NCBI GenBank assembly: GCA_041752695.1
Contig: JBGSVZ010000079.1
Span: 1-62,482, forward strand
DNA length: 62,482 bases
DNA from: Terrimicrobiaceae bacterium
GTDB lineage: Bacteria; Verrucomicrobiota; Verrucomicrobiia; Chthoniobacterales; Terrimicrobiaceae
Direction of reading: 5' to 3'
Part shown: piece by piece, positions 9,540 through 19,192 of the stretch
Position numbering within the stretch: the first letter of the stretch is position 1
Layout of the letters: each line of letters starts with the position of its first letter
The notes under the pieces: generated by a model
The model's input: the letters and a program-made list of their open reading frames with translations, nothing else
Database searches by the model: none
Told to the model about the DNA's origin: nothing
Position numbers and translations under genes: made by a program

Positions 9540-9899
9540 TTAGATAGTCGACAGGACTCCTGCGATCGCCACGCTGATCACCAGATAGAGCAGAGTCGCT
9601 CCGATCGCACCCGCGCCGAGGATCCAGCCCCTCCTCCCGCGTGAGCGGAAACCGTAGAAAACAAAAAACGCCGGAAAGCAAAAGAGCAGTCCCAGCGCCG
9701 AGCCCACACCAAGAGGGATCCGTCGGCGGCTGGCATCCGCCCAGATCCACCAACCGATGGCGGCGAGTGTGATCACTTGAAGCAGGAAAGCGCTGCGTGG
9801 GAGTTCGACCGAAAAATAGGACTCGAATGCGGTAACGACCAAACTCAGCGTCGCCGTGACTCCAAGAATGAGGAGGGTGATGAGGTCAAGCCGCTGCAA
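9540..9899 (-). CDS. Hypothetical membrane protein (about 4 TM)
   Basis: Hydrophobic 119-aa ORF (TTG start) filling the gap downstream of the cyclase. Confidence 0.6.
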   Translation of the reverse strand: MQRLDLITLLILGVTATLSLVVTAFESYFSVELPRSAFLLQVITLAAIGWWIWADASRRRIPLGVGSALGLLFCFPAFFVFYGFRSRGRRGWILGAGAIGATLLYLVISVAIAGVLSTI

Positions 9900-9922
9900 G
9901 TTTGCCGTCTGCTTCCGCCCGG

Positions 9923-10840
9923 TCAGACCAGTCCAAACAGCCGAACGGCCTGATTTTTTCCTTTGAGCGAATGCTCTCCGAGATCAGCCAGGGTGACTTC
10001 CGGGGCTTGGGGGAGACTCTGGAGGAAATCCTGGGAGGCGGTCAGTTTTTGATTGAGCGGCTTCATCACGCTCTCGATCCGAAAAACCGTATTCACCGTG
10101 TCTCCGATGATGGTGGCGTCGCGCTGGGCGATGAGCCCAATGTTGCCGCAGGTCACGATGCCGTGGTGCAGGGCCACAGCAATGGCGAAGGGGCGGTCGG
10201 GCAGGGGCCAGACCCGTTTGCTGGCGGTTTCCAGCATCTTGAGCGAGCTGCGCAGGGCGCTGGCCGCCTCTTGGCCGGCGCGCGCTTCCTCGCGAGTCCA
10301 ATACGCCAACACGGCGTCGCCGATGAACTTGTCCACCGTGCCGCCCGTTTCGTGGATGATGTTGCCCGCGTCGCGAAACCATTCCCCGAGATTGCGGGCC
10401 AGTTGCTCCTCCGGGAGAAGTTCGGACATGGTGGAAAATCCCCGAATGTCACAAACCATCACGGCCACAATCGCATTCTGATCCTGGGTGGCGTCCGTGC
10501 CGGCCGCAAGCGTTACATCATACGTGGCATCCTGGGTGGTTTTTTCGAACTGCTCGAAAACCATCTCATTGTTTGTGATGCGAATCACTGCGCCGTGAGT
10601 GAGCACGGTTGGAGTGATGACTCTGCGGCCATTGACGAAGGTGCCGTTCCGGCTGCCGAGGTCCATGATCTGATACTGGAAGGCGTTGTGGCAGCGGATA
10701 ATCGCGTGCTGTCGGGAAACATGCTGTCCCATATGCAGGGCCACGGTGTTGTCGCGGCTCCGGCCGATGGTGGCCGTATTTCCGACTTCAACTTCAAAGG
10801 GTTCGCCCTCTGCGGGACGCACTTTCAGCTTCGCTTGCAT
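9923..10840 (-). CDS. FHA-domain class III adenylate/guanylate cyclase
   Basis: FHA motifs IGR, VSRQHA, DLGSRNGTFVNG; cyclase motifs CDIRGFS, DKFIGDAV, IGDTVNTVFR. Confidence 0.92.
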   Translation of the reverse strand: MQAKLKVRPAEGEPFEVEVGNTATIGRSRDNTVALHMGQHVSRQHAIIRCHNAFQYQIMDLGSRNGTFVNGRRVITPTVLTHGAVIRITNNEMVFEQFEKTTQDATYDVTLAAGTDATQDQNAIVAVMVCDIRGFSTMSELLPEEQLARNLGEWFRDAGNIIHETGGTVDKFIGDAVLAYWTREEARAGQEAASALRSSLKMLETASKRVWPLPDRPFAIAVALHHGIVTCGNIGLIAQRDATIIGDTVNTVFRIESVMKPLNQKLTASQDFLQSLPQAPEVTLADLGEHSLKGKNQAVRLFGLV

Positions 10841-10928
10841 GGGTTCAATTTCGTTCTACCACGAACTGCGCCGGGAACATGAAGAAAAATTTTTCCCCAC
10901 GGCGCTTTCTCATGATAGAGGAGGGGAA

Positions 10929-11300
10929 ATGAAAACAGTATTGGCAGTGTTGGCCACGGTCTTGTGGGTGTCGGTCTCCTGGGCGCAGGAAGCGGCGATT
11001 GACGCAACAAATCTGGAAGCCCTTCGGGCCAAGGCCGGTCAGGAGGTCATCGTGGAAGGCTTGGTCACCGACATCGGCACGACCAAGGACGGGGGGATCA
11101 CATTCATCAATATCGGCCTGGCGAAAAAACAGGGTTTTGTCGCGGTCGTGTTTCGGGACAATTACCCGGTTTTCACGGACGGATTTGACAAGTTTCGCAA
11201 TCAGAAGGTGCGCGTCACCGGTGCGATTTCGCTCTACAAAAGCGAGACACCCCAGATCAAGCTGACCTCCGCGGAGCAGCTTACGATTGTGCCGCAGTAG
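10929..11300 (+). CDS. Secreted OB-fold-like protein
   Basis: GAGGGG SD before ATG 10929, signal peptide, VIVEG...KVRVTG-I-LYK...PQI pattern. Confidence 0.7.
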   Translation: MKTVLAVLATVLWVSVSWAQEAAIDATNLEALRAKAGQEVIVEGLVTDIGTTKDGGITFINIGLAKKQGFVAVVFRDNYPVFTDGFDKFRNQKVRVTGAISLYKSETPQIKLTSAEQLTIVPQ

Positions 11301-11889
11301 CCCGATCCGCCAGAAGGCGTTCGGCGTATTTGGCCAGAATGTCGAACTCCAGGTTCACCGTGTCACCCGCCTGCAAGACACCCAGGTTGGTGTGTTTGCG
11401 GGTGTGGGGAATGATCCATACGGCAAACGAACTTTCGGAGATTTCTGCCACCGTCAGGCTGGTGCCATTGACGGCCACGGACCCTTTGTAAGCCACGTAA
11501 CGGGCGAAGCGCGAGGGGAGGGCGAACTCCAGTTTGAGATCCGTGCCCCGTTCCCCCACGGTCAGCAGGCCAGAGGTGCAGTCCACATGACCCTGCACAA
11601 AGTGACCGCCGAGGCGACCGTCGGCGGCGAGCGCGCGCTCGAGATTGACTTGCGAGCCGGGACGGAGCTTGTCGAGGTTGGTGACCCGAAGGGTTTCGTC
11701 CAGGACGTCGAAGGTAAGGTGATCCTTGCGATGGGTAGTGACGGTGAGGCAGCACCCATTGATGGCCACGCTGTCGCCGCTGTGAATGTCGCGGCTGACG
11801 CGTTTTGCGCTGAGGGTGAGTTGGGTGGCTTTTGACGTCTGCCTCAGCCAGAGGCACTCTCCAATTTCTTCGACCAGACCAGTGAACAT
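11281..11889 (-). CDS. ribE: Riboflavin synthase alpha chain
   Basis: MFTGLVEE start, DSVAINGCCLTV, GGHFVQGHVD, NLEFDILAKY. Confidence 0.97.
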   Translation of the reverse strand: MFTGLVEEIGECLWLRQTSKATQLTLSAKRVSRDIHSGDSVAINGCCLTVTTHRKDHLTFDVLDETLRVTNLDKLRPGSQVNLERALAADGRLGGHFVQGHVDCTSGLLTVGERGTDLKLEFALPSRFARYVAYKGSVAVNGTSLTVAEISESSFAVWIIPHTRKHTNLGVLQAGDTVNLEFDILAKYAERLLADRATAAQS

Positions 11890-11893
11890 GCCG

Positions 11894-13222
11894 TTAGAAT
11901 ACGCGCCACGGGGAAAAAAAGAGAATCGCAATGATGAAATAAACCGGAATCAGGATGGGCACAGCGTAGCGCAGGGCGTAGCCGAAAAATCCCGGAGTCT
12001 TCACGTTGAGCTGGTGGGCGATGTTTTTCACCATGAAATTCGGGCCGTTTCCGATGTACGTGCAGGCGCCAAAAAAGACCGCGCCGAGCGAAATGGCCAT
12101 GAGGAAGCGGCTGTCGGTTTGCGCGAATTGCAACACCTGCGCCGGGTCGTTCACGCTCAAACCCTCGTTCCCCATCGCGGCGGCGAGGAAGGTCAGGTAC
12201 GTGGGGGCGTTGTCCAGGAAAGCAGAAAGGGCGCCCGTTGCCCAATAGAACTGCATCGGGGAATGCAGGCCGAGTTGACCGGCGTTCCCTTCAAGGTAGT
12301 CGAGCGCCGGCACCATGGTCGCGAAAATGCCGAAGAAAAGCCACGCCACCTCCTTGATTGGGGCAAAGTTAAAGTCGTTGGACTGGTGCACGGAAGAGGC
12401 TGTGGTGAAAAACGAGCCGGCCGCCGCGCCGATCATCAGAATGTCGGGCGCGAAGGGGGGGAGGAATTTATGGCCCGCCACCGCGCCGATGATGATGGCT
12501 AGGAACACAAGGTTGTGCAGGCCGTCGAATCGCCAAGTTTCCGAGGCCGTCATTCGCCCGGTCACGGCGCGCGGCGGTTTGCGGAAGTTGATGGTGTCGA
12601 AAATGTAAAAGATTCCCAGCAACAGCCCAACCGTGATGAACCAGGCCGCCCAGCAATGTTCCACCACCCAAAGAAAGGGGACCCCCTTGAGAAATCCGAG
12701 GAACAGGGGCGGGTCGCCGATCGGCGTGAGCGCTCCGCCGACGTTGCTCACGATGAAAATGAAAAACACGATGTGAAACGCCGTGATCCGGTATTTGTTC
12801 ATCCGGATCCACGGCCGGATCATCAGCATGGACGCACCGGTCGTGCCGATAAAATTGGCAATCACGGCCCCGAGCAACAGGAAGGCCGTATTCACTACGG
12901 GCCGGGCTTCCCCTTTCACCGTAATGTGAATGCCCCCGGCCACCACGAAGAGGGAGCCAATAAGCGCGATAAAGCTGAGATATTCGTGCGCCACGTGCAG
13001 CAGTCGCCCGCCCGCCTGCAGGCCCACCAGGTAATAGACCGCGACCACCAGAGCCAGCCCGACGGCCACCTTCGGGTAGTGGTGGTGCCACCACTTTTCG
13101 AAGGCGAGCGGACCGATCGCGATCAAGGATAATAACACCGCAAATGGCAGGATCATCAGGGGATTGATCGACACGGAAGGTGCGGCGGCGGCGAATACGG
13201 ACGGCATGGCGAATTTTTTCAT
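11894..13222 (-). CDS. Putative sodium:proton antiporter / ion transporter superfamily permease
   Basis: Many TM segments, GTTGASM, GGALTPIGDPPLFLG, LSAFLDNAPTY, TYIGNGPNF. Exact start uncertain. Confidence 0.85.
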   Translation of the reverse strand: MKKFAMPSVFAAAAPSVSINPLMILPFAVLLSLIAIGPLAFEKWWHHHYPKVAVGLALVVAVYYLVGLQAGGRLLHVAHEYLSFIALIGSLFVVAGGIHITVKGEARPVVNTAFLLLGAVIANFIGTTGASMLMIRPWIRMNKYRITAFHIVFFIFIVSNVGGALTPIGDPPLFLGFLKGVPFLWVVEHCWAAWFITVGLLLGIFYIFDTINFRKPPRAVTGRMTASETWRFDGLHNLVFLAIIIGAVAGHKFLPPFAPDILMIGAAAGSFFTTASSVHQSNDFNFAPIKEVAWLFFGIFATMVPALDYLEGNAGQLGLHSPMQFYWATGALSAFLDNAPTYLTFLAAAMGNEGLSVNDPAQVLQFAQTDSRFLMAISLGAVFFGACTYIGNGPNFMVKNIAHQLNVKTPGFFGYALRYAVPILIPVYFIIAILFFSPWRVF

Positions 13223-13265
13223 GGACACCGGCCCCCCGGCCTTCAAGAACAAAGGGCTTTGACCG

Positions 13266-14021
13266 ATGAATTTCCGATTGCTTTCCCTATTGCTCCTTTG
13301 CGGTTCCTTTTGCTCCTGCGCGTCCGTCAGCGTGCGGAAGGCCGAGCGCCTGTCCGACCAATCTCCCCAAACCGTGCCTGAGAAAATCCTGATCCGTCCC
13401 TTCAGCTTTTACGATCCCGCCATCCGGGTGGATCGTAAGGGCGAAAGGCTCGACCGATTTAAATACGACCTTCAGGAGAAATTCACCCGCAACCTTGTGA
13501 AGAAGCTCCCCGAATATGTCGCACCGGGCGAAGCCATCGCCGCCACCGCACCCTTGCCGCGCGGCAACTACTGGTTGATTGAAGGCCGGTTCGATCGCAT
13601 CAATCAAGGCAGCCGTCTGCTGCGTTCGGTGGTGGGATATGGCTTTGGCGGGACCAAGATGGACACCAGCGTCGTCGTCTTCGACCTCTCCGGGAAAAAG
13701 CCAAGACCGTTTCTCCTCATCGAGACCACCGGCGGGTCCAATGCCTCGCCCGGCGCAATCGGTTCAGTCACGTATTTTATGAGTGGCATCACGGCCCTCG
13801 GTGCCACGGCCAATCTTCTGGAAGGCGTTCGTTCCGGGGTCACTTTTGACGCCGTCCGCACCACACGAGAACTTTCCGCCACGATGGCGGATTATCTGCG
13901 TGAGCAGGGGGCCTTGCCCGAAAAACCCGCCCCCAAGCGCCTCGGCAAGATCTCGTATTGGCCTTTCAACAGTCGTCCCGCCAAGCAGGGGACAATCACG
14001 GTTACTCCTGCCCAGCCCTGA
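13266..14021 (+). CDS. DUF4410-like lipoprotein
   Basis: Lipoprotein-like signal; EGRFDRINQGSRLLRSVVGYGFG resembles DUF4410. Confidence 0.65.
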   Translation: MNFRLLSLLLLCGSFCSCASVSVRKAERLSDQSPQTVPEKILIRPFSFYDPAIRVDRKGERLDRFKYDLQEKFTRNLVKKLPEYVAPGEAIAATAPLPRGNYWLIEGRFDRINQGSRLLRSVVGYGFGGTKMDTSVVVFDLSGKKPRPFLLIETTGGSNASPGAIGSVTYFMSGITALGATANLLEGVRSGVTFDAVRTTRELSATMADYLREQGALPEKPAPKRLGKISYWPFNSRPAKQGTITVTPAQP

Positions 14022-14030
14022 CGCGGCCCG

Positions 14031-14170
14031 TTTAACGTCGAACGCTGAACGTCGAAGAAGTGTCGGTTAGCGATTTTCGGCACCGCATTTTGAGAAATTG
14101 GACGCTCCTACCGGACCAGCGTCGAGTGTCCAACTCCGATACTTGAGCGTTCAGAGTTGAGCGTTCAGCG
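14031..14170. repeat. Two inverted heptamer arrays between convergent genes
   Basis: Left tttaacg tcgaacg ctgaacg tcgaaga; right ttgagcg ttcagag ttgagcg ttcagcg, which is reverse-complementary in pattern. Confidence 0.7.
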
Positions 14171-14267
14171 CGTGTTCCGCTTCGCTCCAGTTGTCTCCCG
14201 GCGTCACGTTCGACTTTCCCCATTACACGATAGCGCTGGCGCGCGGGTGTTCGGCGTTTCGCGCGCC

Positions 14268-14930
14268 TCAGTAGCTGCCAGTTGCCGTTTCGCCTGCCAG
14301 GATCGCAATCCCCGCCGACGTTCCCAGTCGCGTCGCTCCGGCCTCGATCATGGCCAGCGCCGTTGCCCGGTCACGAATCCCGCCCGAGGCCTTCACGGCG
14401 CACCGGCCTGCCACGGCTTTGTGCATCAGGCGCACATCGTCGAGGGTGGCTCCACCGGTGCTGAAGCCGGTGGAGGTTTTGACAAAGGCCGCCCCAGCCT
14501 CGACCGAGATGTCGCAGGCACGTTGCTTTTCTTCATCGCTCAGGAGGCAGGTTTCAAAAATCACCTTCACTGCGCGCCCGCCCGCCGCGCCCACGACGGC
14601 CTTCAGGTCGGCCAAAACATACGCATCGTCCCCTTGTTTGAGCCGCCCGACGTGCAGCACGGTGTCAATTTCCGTCGCTCCGTCCGTCACCGCGCGTTCG
14701 GTCTCAAACGCCTTGGCCGCCGAGTTCATCGCTCCAAGGGGGAATCCGGTCACGGCCGCTACAGCGACGCCTGATCCCTGCACGAGCGAGGCCGCAAGAG
14801 GAACCCAGGAGCCATTCACACAGACGCTAAAAAAACCGTGTTCCACCGCTTCCGCGCAGAGCTTTTCCATATCCGAGGCGCGCGCGTCGGGTTTCAACAA
14901 GGTGTGATCGATGGTTTTGGCGAGGTTCAT
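14268..14930 (-). CDS. deoC: Deoxyribose-phosphate aldolase
   Basis: IDHTLLKP, GFPLG, FVKTSTGF, VKASGGIR, RLGTS. Confidence 0.97.
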   Translation of the reverse strand: MNLAKTIDHTLLKPDARASDMEKLCAEAVEHGFFSVCVNGSWVPLAASLVQGSGVAVAAVTGFPLGAMNSAAKAFETERAVTDGATEIDTVLHVGRLKQGDDAYVLADLKAVVGAAGGRAVKVIFETCLLSDEEKQRACDISVEAGAAFVKTSTGFSTGGATLDDVRLMHKAVAGRCAVKASGGIRDRATALAMIEAGATRLGTSAGIAILAGETATGSY

Positions 14931-15745
14931 AAAATGCGGACAAGGTCGCGGAGGAATTGCACCCAGAGAAAAAACATTCCCCGTGCGGTGTATCGGATAA
15001 AATGCTCGCCGTCTCGCTTGAGCAGGCCTGCCGCAAGATTGTGGGTGATCTGGGCGCGCATCTCGGTCTGCATGGCCCCGACCGTTTGCTCGGGGCTCTG
15101 CACCACACAGGATTCCCGGGCGATTCCCTCAGTTTGGAGAAAGGCCTCGTGGGCGGCGACGATTTCTGGGAACGAAAGCTGTCCGGGCACCCGGTTCATT
15201 TTCACCAGCGGCTGAATCTTCAGCCCGTAGGAAAAGGGATAATTCCACGTGATATAAATCCGACCGTCCACGGTGCGCGAGGTGACCGTGAGGTAATAAA
15301 AAGCCATCTCGTTCTGCTCCACCAGGCAGATGCCGGCCTGGAGTTTGCGGGCATCGTCACCGGACACCCGGTAAAAATGCCGGTTCTCCTCATGGTCCCA
15401 GCCAATATCGTCGAGATGTTCGAAGCCCTCCGCCTCGATTTCCTCCGTGACCTCGGAAAACCCCGGAAACGTGTTTCGGGCTGGTGGGGTGCGAGGTTCC
15501 AGCCGCCGGTCGATGGGCAGCCTGATCCGCCGCACCCGGGTGAGGATCTCCAGCCAGGGCAAAAACAGCCAACTGACCGCCAGGGCCCCGCCCAGCCACA
15601 CGCTGCCACCCAGCAGCCAGCCCGCCAGAAACGAAGTCGCCACAATCCCCAGCGCGCTCAGGCGGTGGAGGAGGGGATGGGAAAACGTGCGCAGAGCCAC
15701 GCTCAACACGCCGACGCCCAAAACAAGCAGCAGGTTGGAAATCAT
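14927..15745 (-). CDS. Hypothetical membrane-anchored protein
   Basis: N-terminal TM segments; 4-bp overlaps with both neighbours indicate an operon. Confidence 0.75.
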   Translation of the reverse strand: MISNLLLVLGVGVLSVALRTFSHPLLHRLSALGIVATSFLAGWLLGGSVWLGGALAVSWLFLPWLEILTRVRRIRLPIDRRLEPRTPPARNTFPGFSEVTEEIEAEGFEHLDDIGWDHEENRHFYRVSGDDARKLQAGICLVEQNEMAFYYLTVTSRTVDGRIYITWNYPFSYGLKIQPLVKMNRVPGQLSFPEIVAAHEAFLQTEGIARESCVVQSPEQTVGAMQTEMRAQITHNLAAGLLKRDGEHFIRYTARGMFFLWVQFLRDLVRIL

Positions 15746-15987
15746 TCGGGGCTGATGTTATGTTCCCGCAGAAACTTCTCAAGCTGTCCGACATCAAAAT
15801 CGGCCAGGACGTGGCCGTCATCCGTCTCCAGGGTCGGCGTCAGCGACTGCCCCGAAATCTGCCGCATGCGCTGATAAGCCGACACATCGGTGAGCACATC
15901 CACTGGCGTAAAGCGGTAGTTCCGGTCCTTCAACCATTTCACCGCCTGCACGCACCACGAACACCAGGGTTTGATATAAACGATCAT
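15742..15987 (-). CDS. Glutaredoxin family protein
   Basis: CSWC active site, SGQSLTPTL. Confidence 0.88.
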   Translation of the reverse strand: MIVYIKPWCSWCVQAVKWLKDRNYRFTPVDVLTDVSAYQRMRQISGQSLTPTLETDDGHVLADFDVGQLEKFLREHNISPE

Positions 15988-16076
15988 CTGTCCGACAGAC
16001 TATCGCGAATCGTCCCAAAGATTCAACTTGCCGCTTGTCAGGAATCCCCCGGCGGGTAAATTCTGTTCTTCCAAAC

Positions 16077-16151
16077 GGCGCGTTCGTCTAGGGGTTAGGA
16101 CACGGCCCTCTCAAGGCCGCGGCACGGGTTCGATTCCCGTACGCGCTGCCA
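16077..16151 (+). tRNA. tRNA-Glu (anticodon CTC)
   Basis: Acceptor GGCGCGT/ACGCGCT, anticodon stem CGGCC/GGCCG with loop CTCTCAA, GGTTCGATTCC T-arm, encoded CCA. Confidence 0.97.
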
Positions 16152-16317
16152 GACGAAGTCTGCAAAAAGAATTCCGCGGGAAGCGAACGAAGTTCGACCG
16201 CCAGTCCCGCCGTGCGGGACAGTCCAAAATCGCGAAGCCTGACTGCGGAGCCTGCAAAGCAGGCAATCCCGTACGCGCTGCCAGACGACGTCTGCCAAAA
16301 GGAATTTGCGGGAAGCG
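16135..16317 (+). repeat. Imperfect ~51-bp direct repeat containing the tRNA-Glu 3' end (132-bp period)
   Basis: TCCCGTACGCGCTGCCAGACGA at 16135 and 16267, with similarity continuing to GCGGGAAGCG. Confidence 0.9.
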
Positions 16318-16360
16318 GTTTAACCTGGCGTGTCGGACGAGGCCTTTCCCGTTGCCGTCT

Positions 16361-17569
16361 TTACTGATTATCCAACATCACCGCTTTATCGAAGGTCTTG
16401 AAAAAACCGGGCAGGGCGGCTTCCACGCGGTTCCAGTTGGGGATCATCGGGTCGCCCAGCGGATCGACGAGGTATTCCTTCGCGGCGCTGCGGATGCTTC
16501 GGACGAAGGTGGCGACGGCGAGTTCCTCCTGGTGGCGGTCGTATTTTAGACCGTTAATCTCGGCATCGGCGGCGTAAAAACGCATGGTGTCCTCCGCTTT
16601 GCGAATGTAGGCACTAAGCAGAGTGTCGAAGATCCCGACATCGAGTTTCACCCCGTGGCCGGCCAGGGTGCGGAAGACACATTTCACGATATCGGAGGCC
16701 ATTTTGTTGAGGCCCTTGGCGGTGTCGCGGGCGGAAAGTTCCTGGTGTTTGTGGTCGTAGCATTCGGCCATGTCCACCTGACAGATACTTTTGGGGGACG
16801 AAACGCGGAAGACCTCCGCCAGCATGCCGACTTCGACGCCCCAGTCGGACGGAACGCGGGCGCGGCGGATGATGTCGTGGTCGAGGCTAACTTCGCCACT
16901 CAGCGGATAGCGAAACGTGTCCAGGTAATTGAGGAAGGCATGTTCGCCGAGGATGGCCTGCAGGGAGCGAATAAGCGGGGTGAAAAGCAGGCGCATTACC
17001 CGGCCATTGAGTTTATCGGTGAAGCGCGCGCTGTAGCCTTTACAAAAGTCGAAGCCGAGATGCGGGTGGGCCACGGGAAAGCAGAGGCGGGCGAGAAGCT
17101 CCCGACTGTAGGTGAGGATGTCGCAGTCGTGAACAGCGACCATGCGGGATTTTTCGCTGGCGAGCACGTATCCGAAGCACAACCAGAGATTGCGTCCCTT
17201 GCCGGAGGGGCCGGGGTCGAGGTCCGATTCGATAAGTTGCTCCATCAACCGCTTCATGCGCGGGCCGTCATTCCAGAGCAGGATGGGATTCTGGGGCAAC
17301 TGGCCGAAGGTGTTTTTCGCCCGCCGCCAAGTGGCGGCATTCGCACCGTCGATGCCGACGACGATCTGCTTGATGTAGGTGACGTTTTTCAGTTCGCGAA
17401 TGATGCCCCGTAGAGCCTTGGTGCCGAGTTCCCGGACATGACAGGGAAGAACGAGCGCGATGGGAGTTTGTTTGGAAAACTCCTGAAGGTCCGCCTCCAG
17501 TTGGGCAATGTTCGGTTTGCCTAGCCGGTGCAGCGTGGCCATGGAACCATCTTGGAAAAAGTCCGCCAT
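16361..17569 (-). CDS. gpgS: Glucosyl-3-phosphoglycerate synthase-like glycosyltransferase
   Basis: MADFFQ start, GKGRNLW, HDCDI, CKGY, GRVMRL, FRYPLSGE, DWGVEVG, YDHKHQ. Confidence 0.8.
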   Translation of the reverse strand: MADFFQDGSMATLHRLGKPNIAQLEADLQEFSKQTPIALVLPCHVRELGTKALRGIIRELKNVTYIKQIVVGIDGANAATWRRAKNTFGQLPQNPILLWNDGPRMKRLMEQLIESDLDPGPSGKGRNLWLCFGYVLASEKSRMVAVHDCDILTYSRELLARLCFPVAHPHLGFDFCKGYSARFTDKLNGRVMRLLFTPLIRSLQAILGEHAFLNYLDTFRYPLSGEVSLDHDIIRRARVPSDWGVEVGMLAEVFRVSSPKSICQVDMAECYDHKHQELSARDTAKGLNKMASDIVKCVFRTLAGHGVKLDVGIFDTLLSAYIRKAEDTMRFYAADAEINGLKYDRHQEELAVATFVRSIRSAAKEYLVDPLGDPMIPNWNRVEAALPGFFKTFDKAVMLDNQ

Positions 17570-17629
17570 CCCCTACTTTTTACCGACTGTTGGAATTGAG
17601 CAACCCCGGAAAGCTGATACGCTGATTTC

Positions 17630-19192
17630 TTGTTTCCGAAGCTTCTTCATCTTTGTGTCGTTCATCACCACCTTCGACCGGGTGGGGTGCGGCGCATCAT
17701 TGAGCTGGCCCTCCCGTATTTGCTGGAGAAGAGCCCGATCCGCTCTGTCACCCTGGCCGTAGGCGAGGGGGGGGATACGAGTTGGATTAATGCGCTGAGG
17801 GAGAGTCTGGGCGAGAGGGAGCTTACGGTCATTTGCGAGCCAGCGTTTGGCTATTTCTCGGAACAAAAATCGGCGCCGGCCGTGCTGCGGCGCAAAATTT
17901 CCGCGGCATTGACCCAACTGGCTCCGGTGCCGGAGGAGACGCTTTTCTGGGTGCACAATCCCGGCCTTGCGCGCAATCTGCTCCTCACCGATGAGTTGCG
18001 GCGGTTCGCCGCGCGGTACCCGACGACACTGGTTTTTCATCACCATGATTTTTGGTTCGAGAACCGCTGGACCCGCTGGGAGGAGTTGCGGCGGGGAGGG
18101 TTTCGGTCGGTGAATTCCGTGGCGGAGGCGGTGTTTGCCGCAGGTTCGGCCACCATTCATGCGACGATCAATCGCAGTGACGCTGCCATCCTGCAACGCC
18201 ACGAGGCTATAACCGGGGTCTGGATGCCGAATCTGGCGGCACGTTCCCGGCCCTGCCCCGAGCTCAAACGGACGGAGGCCGCGCGCTGGTTGGAGGATCG
18301 GCTGGGCGACAGCGGGCCAGTCTGGATTTTCCCCACCCGTTTTCTGCGCCGCAAAAACCTAGCGGAGGCCGTCCTGTTGACGCGCTGGCTGCGCCCCGAA
18401 GGTTGGCTTGTTACGACGGCGGGAGTGAGTTCTGCGGAAGAAGGGGTTTACGCCCGTGGGCTGGAGGACGCGGCGAAGCGCGGCGGATGGCGGGTGCGTT
18501 TCCGCATGCTTGAACGCGAGGAAGGCGAGGCCCCGTCGATTCCTTCTCTGATGGCCGCGGCTGAGGCTGTCGTGCTGACGTCGGCGCAGGAGGGATTTGG
18601 TTTGCCCTACGTGGAGGCAGTCGCGGCCGGACGTCCGCTCCTTGCGCGACGGCTCCCGAATGTGGTGCCGGATCTGGAGACCGTTGGATTTCGACTCCCC
18701 TGGCTGTATGACGAAGTCTGGATTAATCCGGAGTTACTGGATTTGGCGGCGGAGCGTCGTCGCCAATTGGTGGCCTGGCGGGAATGGAAGGCGGAGGTGC
18801 CCTCGTCGCTCCGCGCCATGGCCGGGAGGCCCGCAGTTTTGGAGATTCCCGAAAATGATCCGCTGCCCTTCAGTCGGCTCACCCTGTCCGGACAGTTGGA
18901 AGTGCTGGCCCACCCTTCGGCGGAGGCGTGGGAGCAGTGTGCGCGGTGGAATCCGGACCTATCGCGGTGGAAAAAAGAAATCGCATCGGGCCGGTTCCGT
19001 GTTTCCCCGTGGCCGCGGCGGGCGGATGGTTTGATTGGCGGGCGCGCTTATGCCAGGAGGTTTTGGGCGGCCATCGGGAGGCGATCCCCGGTCGACGTTT
19101 CTGCGGCGGACTGCCACGCGACGCAGCGGGATTTTATCCGGGAAAGGCTTGGCACGGGCACGCTTTACCCGATTCTCTTTTCGGCAAAATGA
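17630..19192 (+). CDS. GT4-like glycosyltransferase (divergent MggA-like)
   Basis: HHHLRPGGV, HHHDF, PTRFLRRKNLAE, SAQEGFGLPYVEA. Confidence 0.8.
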   Translation: MFPKLLHLCVVHHHLRPGGVRRIIELALPYLLEKSPIRSVTLAVGEGGDTSWINALRESLGERELTVICEPAFGYFSEQKSAPAVLRRKISAALTQLAPVPEETLFWVHNPGLARNLLLTDELRRFAARYPTTLVFHHHDFWFENRWTRWEELRRGGFRSVNSVAEAVFAAGSATIHATINRSDAAILQRHEAITGVWMPNLAARSRPCPELKRTEAARWLEDRLGDSGPVWIFPTRFLRRKNLAEAVLLTRWLRPEGWLVTTAGVSSAEEGVYARGLEDAAKRGGWRVRFRMLEREEGEAPSIPSLMAAAEAVVLTSAQEGFGLPYVEAVAAGRPLLARRLPNVVPDLETVGFRLPWLYDEVWINPELLDLAAERRRQLVAWREWKAEVPSSLRAMAGRPAVLEIPENDPLPFSRLTLSGQLEVLAHPSAEAWEQCARWNPDLSRWKKEIASGRFRVSPWPRRADGLIGGRAYARRFWAAIGRRSPVDVSAADCHATQRDFIRERLGTGTLYPILFSAK

